NCBI RefSeq assembly: GCF_006345805.1
Contig: NW_021836142.1
Span: 62,001-126,000, forward strand
DNA from: Octopus sinensis
Lineage: Eukaryota
Reading direction: 5' to 3'
DNA: 64,000 nt
Both the position numbers and the translations under genes were made by a program. The notes below the pieces were generated by a model. It was not told the DNA's origin. It worked only from the letters and a program-made list of their open reading frames with translations, and ran no database searches. Below, in pieces: positions 12,581-23,965 of the stretch (the stretch's first letter is position 1; each line of letters opens with the position of its first letter).

Positions 12581-12739
12581 TGGGCTTCTTTCAGTTTCCG
12601 TCTACGGAATCCACTCACAAGGCTTTGGTCGGCCCGAGGCTATAGTAGAAGACACTTGCCCAAGGAACCACACAGTGGGCCTGAACCCAGAACCATATGA
12701 TTGGTAAGCAAGCTACTTACCACAAGCCACTCCTGTGCC
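12581..12739 (-). mobile_element. Family C SINE, 5' half
   Basis: High similarity to 11015-11178. Confidence 0.8.
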
Positions 12740-13291
12740 TATAGATTTGCTATAAGGGTTAGAGCTAGCACTAATTTTTACAATGTTTCATATATGAATA
12801 CATCTAATGTAAACAATGTGATCAAAGATAGTAAAAAAGGTTTATTCCACTTTGTAAACTTACAGCTTAGAAAGAAGTTAAGAACACTCCTTCTTTAATT
12901 TCATATAATAACAATTAAGGGTTTCAATGATGCAAAACATTGAGGTCAGCTGAAGGTGCTTGCAACTCTGGCAGTCACCCAGGGTCACAAAGTACTTTGG
13001 GACATCATGTCATGTTTGCGATATTCTCAAAAGTACAAAGAGAAAAATATGAAAAATAATAAATAAAATAAGACACTTTTACATTTAAGAAATTGTAATT
13101 AACACTTTATTTCTATTTTTGCAAGGTTTATGCTTTGTTAAAACAAATTAATTTCACATTTAAGGGCACCAACAGGTTGTCCTTGGCACCAGCAATCCTA
13201 GAGTCATGTTAACCATATTAAACAGCTCTACTTAATATATTTAAAGCTTGTCATGAATGATATTTGATAATATATTAGTTATTTATTTGGT

Positions 13292-13920
13292 TTAACCCTT
13301 TTCTTGTCGTATATATTTTGAGATGCTCTGTGTTTCCTTCAATTAATCATTATATATAAAAGTGAAGTTGTGTGTCTGTCTCCAACGATTTAGATTCCTA
13401 ACTACTCCCACATTTTGCGGTGCAATTTAACGAAAACCAGGTATCTTATAGTCGTGATTCATAACGAGCCCTTCTGGGTATTAGCGCGTGTCTACAATGA
13501 GTCTACGATTTAAAAAAAAATTACCATCATTTTTTTCCATTTTAATGCATTTTTCTCGCTATTATATAAGGGAAGTAACTCTCTAAAAATGTCTACAATG
13601 AGTCAACGATTTAAAAAAAATTTACCATCATTTTTTTTCCATTTTAATGCATTTCTTTGCTATTTTTTGGCTATATAACTCTCTAAAAATGCTTATATAG
13701 TTATTTCCCTTACAAACCCGAGCAACGCCGGGCGATACTGCTAGTTTTAAATATAACAAAGAATTTAGTAAAATAACTTAGTTATCATTAAGCTAGTGTT
13801 AGGAACATAAACTGTGACTAAGATTTGGCGGAAGATTTTTTAATTAAAAACTTATGAAAACATTGGCATTTGTACTACAGAGCCAGAGGCAGTTTCAGGA
13901 GTTGGTATCAAAAGGGTTAA
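13292..13920. mobile_element. piggyBac-type MITE (TTAA TSD, CCCTTTT..AAAAGGG termini) interrupted by a Helitron
   Basis: TTAA at 13292-13295 and 13917-13920 flank 7-bp CCCTTTT/AAAAGGG inverted termini. About 223 bp remain after removing the nested insert. Confidence 0.75.
13347..13744 (+). mobile_element. Non-autonomous Helitron
   Basis: 5' TC, 3' CTAG (13741-13744) preceded by hairpin CCCG-AGCAACGC-CGGG (13717-13732). Inserted between A13346 and T13745 with no TSD. Internal 101-bp tandem duplication (13490, 13591). Confidence 0.85.
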
Positions 13921-15144
13921 TACAAACTCGGCAGGGTTTGATCGCAAAACTGGAAAACATTGAAATGTTTTGAGGTGTAATTTGTCTCGACCCAATCACT
14001 GCTACTTCTGATAAATACCATCACATTCTGAAAGTGTAAACAGATTATATGTTCTTTGCTTGAATAACTTAATTTATCTTCCTTTTAGTGATATTATCTT
14101 TTGTGTATACAAAATAGACAAAAGCTAGAGACTAAAATCCTGAAAGATATTACAGCATTTGATAAAGTATACTAGTGCTCCATATGTTGCAACTGTAAAT
14201 ATATTAAACGAATAAAGTGGAAGCTACTAAAACGATGCTACAGTTAATATTGTGTCTGTAAATACGCGATATGTAGTAATCACCACAGAGACTGAAACAC
14301 ACTTTCATATAAATGCAGTCACTTATATATTCTTGCTGACACAATATGAATTACAGTGACACACTGTTGTGAAATACAAACAAACTTTATTCAAAGGAAA
14401 GCAATTGTTTTGTTTTGCCAGGTAAGAGAAAGTGTTTAAATGCTCTCTGTGTACAAGTGAATTAGATCTGTGAAATGGTCAAAATTGGTAGAGCAGGATG
14501 TCAATAGGGAAAATGCATTTATAATGATGTAGACACACTGGCACTCAATGACATTGAGAGAAATAAAGACGCTCGAGAGTGTTATTAAAAGGGATTGCTT
14601 AATAAAGAGAGAAAGTGGAACAAAGTATTTCGACTCATAGGAGATCAGAATCAGGACCAACCACAGAAATATTCACGCATAATGTAAACTAAGAGAGAAT
14701 GTGTAACCCCTAGGCATAAGACTGGGTTTGGAGGCATAATAGTAATCAATCAATTTAGCAAAAGAATTAAAGAGTAATATGTAATCCATGATAATTAATG
14801 TATCAAAGTAAGTGATAATGGTGTTGATGTCCCAACTGTGCAATGAGACTTTAGAAAGAGAGATAATAGAGAATAATGGAATGTATAACATGCAATATTA
14901 GAAATGATACATGGCTGGTGGTAGAGGTCTGTAGATATTATTCTGTTATGTACAAAATGAGTTTAACTCTTTAAAGCAGTGATGGAGAACTATTTCTGAA
15001 ATTTGTGGGATGAGACAAATTGTTAGAACATAACACCTGTGACATGCATCTATGCTATGAAAAATAATGAATCTACAGTTTTACAAATTTATAGATATGC
15101 AACTTATATTTCTGAACGAGGTATAAACAGTAGCTGCATGACAA

Positions 15145-15569
15145 TGTGAAGTATATTTGCCACTTAAATGTGGCTAACCACTAAGGGTGGATGCTACTGT
15201 AGCTTGTAGCCCCAGGAGAACATTATCTCCAGTTGGCTATTGGCACAATTTCTGTGTTCTATCAGTATTTGCAAAGGGAAGTCATCCTTCCCATCGTCGA
15301 CCTGATGTGATGCGCACGGACCCAGGTTTCTGGGTATTTACCCATCATCAGCGCATGACAATCGCCGGTCTTCAATGCGAAGGGGTCCCAATGCAAATAC
15401 ATATATCCTTTTTCCAGAGACGAAAAGTCAGGCTTCCCTTTGCAAATACTGATAGGGCATAGAAAATGTGCCAATAGCCAGCTGGAGAAGATGTTCTCCT
15501 GGGGCTACAAGCTACAGTAGCACCCACCCTTAGTGGTTAGCCACATTTAAGTGGCAAATATACTTCACA
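15145..15569. mobile_element. Foldback/MITE with 139-bp terminal inverted repeats
   Basis: 15145-15283 vs 15431-15569: 9 mismatches in 139 bp, outer 46 bp perfect; 147-bp core; TG..CA ends; no TSD recognised. Confidence 0.85.
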
Positions 15570-16499
15570 ACTTATATTTATTTTCTGCTTTGGTCTTAAA
15601 CTACTTTTTTTCCTCATACATTTTTATAGACTTTGTCAACAAACAGTTTTCAAATTTAAAAGTTTTGCCAGTGGAAATAAAGTGATTCCACACCCCTTTA
15701 GTATTCGATCCTGAAATCCTTGCTTTATAGATGATTTATCCTTCCTCTCAGGTTTTAATAAAATGTCCTCTGTCTTCCTTCAACTAAGAATGATCTTTTA
15801 TTCTGTAAAATTACTTCGTTGACATCTTTGATGCAGTCATTTTTCTTTTGCTAATTTTATTGCAGAATAACCAATATTTTAAAATCAGAAAATTTTCTCC
15901 AGAAAACTTTCATGTATCTGCCAGCATGATGTCAGGTACATGAAAAAAAATCCATTTGTTCAAAATATCATAAAGTACAAATTAACATTTTGATAACATG
16001 TCTCAACAACAAAATTTATAAGTATCTCTCACTGCTATCATTATAATCTCATAAAAATGTTTGTCCCAGAGAAAATAAAGTTGCAAGTCACCACCAATGT
16101 CAGAGGTCATGACTCCTAAGATATTGGAGTGTATATTAATATAAACTAAATAATACTTTTTAAAGGTTAGTACACCAGCTGTTAATGTATTTGTACTTTC
16201 AAATCTTACTCTATATACCAGTTATTTAGTTTTAATGGTGGGGTTAGGATTTAATGTCATCACTTCTTGCACAAACCAATGTGTCTAATATTTGCATGAA
16301 TGATATTTATTCCAAGAACTTTTTCAACCAATTTTTTTAAAAACCAAAGCACTTATATACCGTTACACTTATGTTCAAGTTGTAATGTATTTCATTACTC
16401 CTTTTAAAACCACTTTTGTCTTATAAACATTTTTATACCATTATCAATGGGATAGTTATTCTTCATATCTAGATTTGCTTATTGCATAAACAGTTTCTG

Positions 16500-16885
16500 A
16501 TATCATCATCATTGTTCGACCGTGGTCGAGACAATGGAACTTACCATGCTACGCCAGACTTCACGGTCCATCATGGCATTACGGACGGTCCATCATGGCA
16601 TCCTATTGCTGGATGCCTGTATCCCTGGAGATTACATCAGGGTAGGAGAGTGTGCACCCTCTGGTATTGAGAGTAGATGGCTTCCAGAGGAGAAATTACC
16701 TCTTTTTCAGCTCTACAACAATGTCCAGCAAACTGGACTCTCCAACCTTTCACAAGAGATGACACAGGTGGTAGTTTCCCATATATTTGCATTTTGGTTG
16801 GATGACGCTTCCACAAGAGATTTTGAGCTCTCATAAGGAGGCGAGTGTAGGTTCCATCCAACCGCCTCTCAAGCTTCTTTCTGTT
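16500..16885 (-). pseudogene. Non-LTR retrotransposon C-terminal remnant (RTE/RTE-X-like) with (TGA)n tail
   Basis: KKLERRLDGTYTRLLMRAQNLLWKRHPTK..YGKLPPVS..RVQFAGHCCR resembles RTE-clade ORF ends. Confidence 0.7.
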
Positions 16886-16889
16886 ATAC

Positions 16890-17240
16890 CTGAATACCCA
16901 ACATGTCTGTACAGTATCATTGAGGTCCTAGTTTAATGCCCTGATGATACAGTACCCACATTAACACCAACATGCACATCTAGCAGTGCACAGTCAATAC
17001 AGCTGAAACATGCTGTAAATAACTGTTTAATAAAGTTATAGACAGGAGCTCTCTGAACTTTGCCCGGGTTATTTCTTATTCTAGTAGCTATGCTCTCAGA
17101 GCATCTACCCCCTGCTACTGACTTGGTCACCTAGGTAACAGAAGCTATCATCTACTTCTAGTTTTTTTCCTGCCAGATTCCATGTGATGGAATCTGTTTT
17201 CTGTACATCTTCAGTGTTTATTGCCCCTGTGCATCTGCCA
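16890..17240 (-). pseudogene. RTE LINE remnant (post-RT region)
   Basis: KLEVDDSFCYLGDQVSS/GGRCSESIATRIR matches the RTE motif LEVVDSFxYLGD; frameshifted. Confidence 0.8.
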
Positions 17241-17404
17241 TGCACTTGGTTTCTTTCCCTCACCCTCTTTCTTGTCCCTCTTCCCCTCTGCTTCTGTAAC
17301 TCGCATGTGAGGGAAGTAAAATCACATCTGTACACTTCAACAGTCCAGCCAAATATATATATTTATATATCTACTGGGGATCGCTTCTCTATGTCTCTTG
17401 ACCC

Positions 17405-17830
17405 TATTTTATGGCAGTAAGTACCAAATCATGTGGAATGTTTGTATATAAGTTTGTTACATCAAAACTATCAGTGAATGTGATTCTGTTGTTTTGGGCA
17501 CATGTGACAGGGAAACAATGTAATCTTGAATGAAATTGGGTATGTGACTACACAGTGGTTTTAGGATAATGTCAAGGGGGTTGCTCAGATGACGTGTAAG
17601 ACAGGCTGGACCAGCTATAATGAGTTTTAGTTTAAGGTCTTTTGTTTGTAGTAGTTTATGTATTCACAAACTTGTTCCTTTATAGCCTTCTGTTTTTCTT
17701 TCGACTTACGTATTTTTGGTAAGCCATAGAAGTTGCTGGATCTCAACTCAAAATTGGTAATATAGTCCCTTTCATAAGAAGTGAGGGAATTATAATGTTT
17801 TGAGACTAAATAATTGAGCTTCTTCATGAT
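17405..17830 (-). pseudogene. Penelope-like element RT remnant
   Basis: Across frameshifts: SSNFYGLPKIRKS / LKLIIAGPACLTRHLSNPLDIILKPL / FDVTNLYTNIPHDL, the PLE RT motifs FYGLPK(I/V)HK, RPII and motif A. Confidence 0.88.
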
Positions 17831-17879
17831 GCTGCATATATATATATATTCAATACCCATACATATCTTGCATCTATTT

Positions 17880-18060
17880 TCTTTCCTCCACGTCACTCTA
17901 TTTTGTATCACATCTAAACTTACTATGACTTAAATATCCTTTCACACCGTCTCTGATGAAGGGATATCATTAATAAATATCCTGGAAACAGCTGTAAGAC
18001 CTTCTATCTATAAATGCTCTAATATCTACACAGCCTTGGTTTTTTAATCTTATTACGCAA
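17880..18060 (+). mobile_element. Penelope pseudo-LTR fragment, inverted relative to the adjacent RT remnant
   Basis: Contains an HHR, ends in (TA)n and abuts the PLE RT remnant. Confidence 0.65.
17949..18000 (+). ncRNA. Type I hammerhead ribozyme with palindromic stem III
   Basis: GUCU-CUGAUGA-A GGGAUAU cauuaauaa AUAUCCU G-GAA-ACAGCUGU-A/AGAC. Stem I GUCU/AGAC perfect, stem III ACAG/CUGU palindrome, GUA triplet; A.G mismatch at the base of stem II. Confidence 0.85.
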
Positions 18061-18454
18061 AAAATTTGTATATATATATATATATATATATAATCAAAAG
18101 AGAGGGATTTCAGAATGTCACAGTATGATTTAAATTATCATCATTGTCACCATTTTGACATTCATTTTTCCATACTTGCATGAATCAGATAGGATTCAGT
18201 GGGGGAATATTTTCTACTGCCAGATGCCATTCCAGCTGCTAGCACCCATCATTTCTAGTCAAGGTAATATTTCCCTTGTCTTCCAAGCAATGAATATCTT
18301 GCATCTATTTACAGTGAACTGGAAACAAATGAAAGCATTTCATGAACCTTTTGTTTATGGTGATCCTGCAACATAACAAGACATGTCAAGGAGCTGGGAG
18401 ACATCCTTGTCACAGTTGACTGCAAGCAAAGGATACTGCCTATATTGTTATGCT

Positions 18455-19090
18455 GTGCTTGAGAAGACACGGCAAGCCAAGTGAGACCACAACCCATGGC
18501 CTATGCCAGGGGTGTAACCAGCCCACTTATGCATACCTTTCCTTCATTGAACACTAAACTCCACTTGCAAAGACCTGTTGAGGCAAATGAAATCGAAATC
18601 AAAATCAAATTCGATGACAGCACCGCATGACTGACATCTGTGCTAGTGGAGCGCTAAGAGCACCATCTGAGTGTGCTCATTGCCAGGGCTGCTGACTGAC
18701 TCCCACGCCGGTGGCACATAAAAAACACCTTTCAAGCATGATTGTTACCAGCGTCACATTACTGGCATTTGTGCCAGTGGCACGTGAAAAACAATATTCG
18801 AGTGAAGTTGTTGCCAGAGCTGCTGGACTGGCTCCTGTGCAGGTGGCACATAAAAAACACCACTTGAGCGTAGTCATTGCCAGTACCGCCTAACTGGCCC
18901 TCATGCTGGTGACATGTAAAAGCACCCACTACACTCTCGGAGTGATTGGTGTTAGGAAGGTCATCCAGCTGTAGAAACTCTGCCAGATCAGACTGGAGCC
19001 TGGTGCAGCCATCTGGCTCACCAGTCCTAAGTCAAATCGTCCAACACATGCCAAAATGGAAAGTGGACATTAAAGGATGATGATGATAAT
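18455..19090 (+). mobile_element. RTE LINE 3' end (ORF end ..EKTRQAK* plus 3' UTR, TGA tail)
   Basis: GAGAAGACACGGCAAGCCAAGTGA followed by the subrepeat UTR. Confidence 0.8.
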
Positions 19091-19873
19091 GACAGTCAGC
19101 AAACACATGTCAAGATTAGGGAAAACCCAAACTCACTCATACAAACATACACATAAGGACTCACATGTGTATATATTAATATGAGAAGATAGATTGAACA
19201 GATTTTATGATGTATCACTCCAAGTGTTTCAATTCTTCATTACCAGCTGTTACATAAAGCATACACAACATTGTATTAATATGTCTCAGCAATAGCCATA
19301 TATGATAATTCCTGGATGAATAGAGCCAGAAGCTCTTGAATCTATAATATATAAGGACACAGGAAATGTGTCAAGGCCGACAGGAAGCATCGATGCTTCC
19401 TAGGGCTAAACAGCGGTGGTGCAATTCCCTTACAGGACTGTCACATTAAGTTGACAGTATACAACCACTCTATCGCTTCACCACCATACATATCTCTCTG
19501 AGATATTTAGAAATTTGATATTTCTGCTCTTGAATCTATTTTGACTCTATTCACCTGAAGATGCGCATATACAGTTATTGCTGAGTGGTGCCGAGGTCGA
19601 CTTTGCCTTTCATCCTTTCGAGGTCGATAAATTAAGTACCAGTTATGAACTGGGGTCGATATAATCGACTTAATCCGTTTATCTGTCCTTATTTGTCCTC
19701 TCTTTGTTTAGCCCCTTGTGGGTAGTAAAGAAATAGGTATTAATGCAACATTGTGTATAATATATAAAACATCCAGCAATGAACAACTGATAACGATGTG
19801 TTGAAACAATTGTAGTGACACATAATAAAGCTTGTTCAATTCATTTTCTCATATTATTATTTTTTGTTTATAC

Positions 19874-19950
19874 TCTACGAATATTTGTGGATTTCCACAT
19901 GTATATCCAGTGAGAGAGAAAGTTCCACTGTAGCATTAGGTAGATGCTAC
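19874..19950 (-). CDS. Weak candidate exon (xSIYLMLQWNFLSHWIYMWKSTNIRR)
   Basis: Good acceptor ttccttttcag, donor GTATAA, single open frame (phase 1 to 0). No homology recognised. Confidence 0.18.
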
Positions 19951-21519
19951 CTGAAAAGGAACTTTGTAAAGCACAGATTATATTTTTAAAACAATGTGTG
20001 TGTGCAGGCATATTATACACGAGAGGCTTCTGTCTACCAATTTTTGCTCACAATATTTTTGTAAATCTGTGGCTTTGTATAGAAGAGAGGGAGAGAGAAA
20101 GAAAGAAGGAAAAGAAGTGAGATTGTTTAGAGTTTTACTTACAGAGCAGCTGACTGACAGAATGTCAAAGAAAATGCTCTCACTGCAGTATGTAGACACA
20201 TCTCTTTATGGCTTTCTTCAAATCCTGCTAAAGTCAAATCTGTTTTTCATTTTTTTTTTTTACTGTGGCTGATAAAATAAGAACCAGAAAAAATCCAGAA
20301 GAGAATTTTTAACTGACTGCTCCTTTCCCCAAAATTTATAGATTTGTGTCATTGGTAAAAATCAACATTGTTTATCTGACCATGATCAACTTTACCTTTC
20401 AGCCTTCTAGGATAGATAAATAAAATAAAGTACCAGTTAAGGTTTTAGGGGTAATATAATTACCTACCTTACCTAGTCAAAATATACGGCCTCATGACTA
20501 TATCAGAAATCATTATGTTAGATAAACTGGAAAATGTAATAACACTGATTGGACAAAGGAGAGACTAGATTAATCAGATTTTAGTTAGTAAGAACTAATC
20601 TGGAAAGATGAGGATTTATAGAAGAATTGAAGGAAGAAACAATAGGCAATAGATTAAGTCTATCTATTCTATTCCAGTATAGTCAGTGTTGTTGTTGTTA
20701 TTGTCAAATGATGATGATGATGACAATGATGATGATGTTGATGATGATGATGATGATAAACTACACATGTTCAAAGGCCTTTCAACTTGGCCTTGCTTCT
20801 CAAATTAGTATGCTTTTATGAAATATCTGGCTATTGTTATGTTTTCCTTTGTAACGAAAGATCTGAAAGCAATCACTGAATTCTCCTCAAGACAAGTTGT
20901 AATAATTAGAGAAGCTTCCAGCTACAAAAGACTGACTTTTAATATGTCGAAATGTTCTGATGTTTCCTTCTACAATAAAAAAAAAAGAAAAGTAGAAGCA
21001 AAATAGAAAAGGATTAAAAAAAAAATGAAGGAAAAACTTTGTTTTTTTACTTGAAGCAGAGTGTAGGAAACTAGAAAATAAACAACTGCTAAGAAACTCT
21101 TAGATATAAATATGTGTGTGTATGTATGTATATATATATATGTATGTATGTATATACATGTGTGTGTGTATTTGTGCTTGTATATATATTTGTTATATAT
21201 GTTTATTTAAATACTTACTATACACAACTCCAAACATGGATTAGAGCAGAAGTGTGTATGTGCATGTACATGTGTATATGTGTATTTGAGAATTAATCTA
21301 CATATGTGTGTGTGAAGTATATGTGTGATCAGTTCAAGTGCATATCAGTATACATGGTAAGTTCGTGTGTGTGTGTAATATATATATGCTAGCATGGAAA
21401 GCGGACGCTAAATGATGATGATGATGATGATGATGATAAGCAAATGTACATACCTATACTTATGATTTTTTTAAAAGTGCAAACACATATGCAAAAGCTT
21501 GATAAATCTGTGTGAGTTT

Positions 21520-22110
21520 GAATGTGTGTGTGTGTATATATATATATATAATATAAATATTTATATATATATATTTATATATGTATGTGCATGTATGTGC
21601 ATATATATATATATGTGTATGTATGTGTATATATATATTTGTGTATGTATGTGTATATATATATTTATTTATGTGTATATATATATTTATGTATGTATGT
21701 GTATATATATTTATGTATGTATGTGTATATATATATTTATGTATGTATGTGTATATATATATTTATGTATGTATGTGTATATATATATATGTATGTATGT
21801 GTATATATATATTTATGTATGTATGTGTATATATATATTTATATATGTATGTATGTGTATATATATATATATATGTATGTATGTGTATATATATATAATA
21901 TATTTATATATGTATGTATGTGTATATATATATATATATATATTTATATATGTATGTATGTGTATATATATATATATATATATTTATATATGTATGTATG
22001 TGTATATATATATATATTTATGTATGTATGTGTGTATATATATATATATTTATATATGTATGTGTATATATATATATTTATATATATACACACGCACACA
22101 CACACACATA
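21520..22110. repeat. Compound (TA)/(TATG)/(TG) microsatellite array
   Basis: Direct; source of the MYVCVYIY-type ORFs. Confidence 0.95.
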
Positions 22111-22857
22111 GTGTGTTATTGTGTGTGTATTATTCAGTATGACTATGTATTTGTGTATAGTGTATATAAACGATTTTCTTTTTTTAACAATATTTGATTG
22201 GCATTAAAGTTTAGGAAATTTTAAAATGACAAATTAGAAAACCTACAAAAATATATTTATAAATGATGTGATATTGTTCTTACAGATTATTTTCTTTCAC
22301 TGGAAGTAATTGGAATCAGATAGTTGCATCATTAATCATGAGACAGTTGATTGCAACAGGATTATCAGTCACATGACTACAAACTGCTATCTTGTGTATG
22401 GTTTTTATGTTTGGTAGATATCCGTTGATTATAATTAGCTTATTTGTTAAATGTCTCGTGGTTTTGACTGGCCTGCTCATTAGACATCTGGTTATTGGCC
22501 ACTTTGTTATGTATCTGTTGATTGTGAACGGGCGGGCTATTTATTACATGTCCCATGTCTGTGACTGGTTTATTTGTGAATATGCCTGGTAACTGTGACT
22601 AACGTAGTGATTGATTTTGAATGACCAATTGGTGCAGGCATGGCTCTGTGTTCGTCTTAAGATGTTCGTCTTATAATTGCATGGTTTCAGGTTCAGTTCC
22701 ATGGCACAGCACCTTGTGCAGGATGTCTTCTACTATAAGCCCCCTTCTATTGATGCCTTGTGAATGAAACTGCTAGACAGAAGCTGTATGAAAGCCCATC
22801 AAATCAAGTGTGTGTGTGTGTGCATGATTGTGTCCTTGCATGCATATATGCATATAA

Positions 22858-23090
22858 GGCGGTGAGCTGGCAGAAACGTTAGCGCGCCGGGCGAAATGCT
22901 TAGAGGTATTTCGTCTGTCGTTACGTTCTGAGTTCAAATTCCGTTGAGGTCGACTTTACCTATCATCCTTTCGGGGTCGATAAATAAAGTACCAGTTTCG
23001 CACTGGGGTCGATGTAATCGACTTACTCCCTTTGTCTGTCCTTGTTCGTCCCCTCTATGTTTAGCCCCTTGTGGGCAGTAAAGAAATATA
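22858..23090 (+). mobile_element. tRNA-derived SINE family B
   Basis: GGCGGTGAGCTGGCAGAA head, GAGTTCAAATTCC B-box, CATCCTTTCGGGGTCGATAA central domain, TAAAGAAATA tail. Confidence 0.85.
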
Positions 23091-23354
23091 TATGTGTGAA
23101 TGTTGACAGTCAATGGCTTCATTTGTCCCTGTATGAGTGAAACATTCATCATCATCATCATCATCATTATCGTTTAACGTCCGCTTTCCATGCTGGCATG
23201 GGTTGGACGGTTCAACTGGGGTCTGGCAAGCCCGAAGGCTACACCAGGCCAGTCAGATCTGGCAGTGTTTCTACAGCTGGATGCCCTTCCTAACGCCAAC
23301 CACTCCGAGAGTGGTGTATATGATGTATACATTCCTTGTTGACATTACAACAGG

Positions 23355-23590
23355 CCAGGCGAGCTGGCAGAAATGTTAGCATGCCGGGCGAAATGCTTAG
23401 AGGTATTTCACCTGCCACTACGTTCTGAGTTCAAATTCCGCCGAGGTCGACTTAGCCTTTCATCCTTTCGGCGTCAATAAATTAAGTACCAGTTACACTC
23501 TGGTGTTGATGTAATCAACTTAATCCCTTTGTTTGTCCTTGTTTGTCCCCTCTATGTTTAACCCTTTGTGGGCAATAAAGAAATAAGATA
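23355..23590 (+). mobile_element. SINE family B
   Basis: Near-complete copy of 22858-23090. Confidence 0.85.
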
Positions 23591-23734
23591 TTAATGGAAT
23601 ATAATTTTCCTTCCTTGAAAACCAAGTATGTGTTATATGTTGACAGGAAGAGCATCCAGCAGTAAAATGCTACCTTAGTTAAACCCCCATCCAGCCTATG
23701 CTAGAATAGAAAAATTGACATTAGACAAATATAT

Positions 23735-23965
23735 ATTTCTTTATTGCCCACAGGGGGGCTAAACACAGAGGGGACAAACAAGGACAGACAAAGGGCTTAA
23801 GTCGGTTACATCGACCCCAGTGCATAACTGGTACTTAATTTATCGACCCTGAAAGGATGAAAGGCAAAGTCGACCTCGGCAGAATTTGAACTTAGAACGT
23901 AATGGCAGACGAAATACTGCTAAGCATTTTGCCCGATGTGCTAACGATTCTGCCAGCTGCCGCCC
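23735..23965 (-). mobile_element. SINE family B
   Basis: Reverse-complement copy. Confidence 0.85.
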
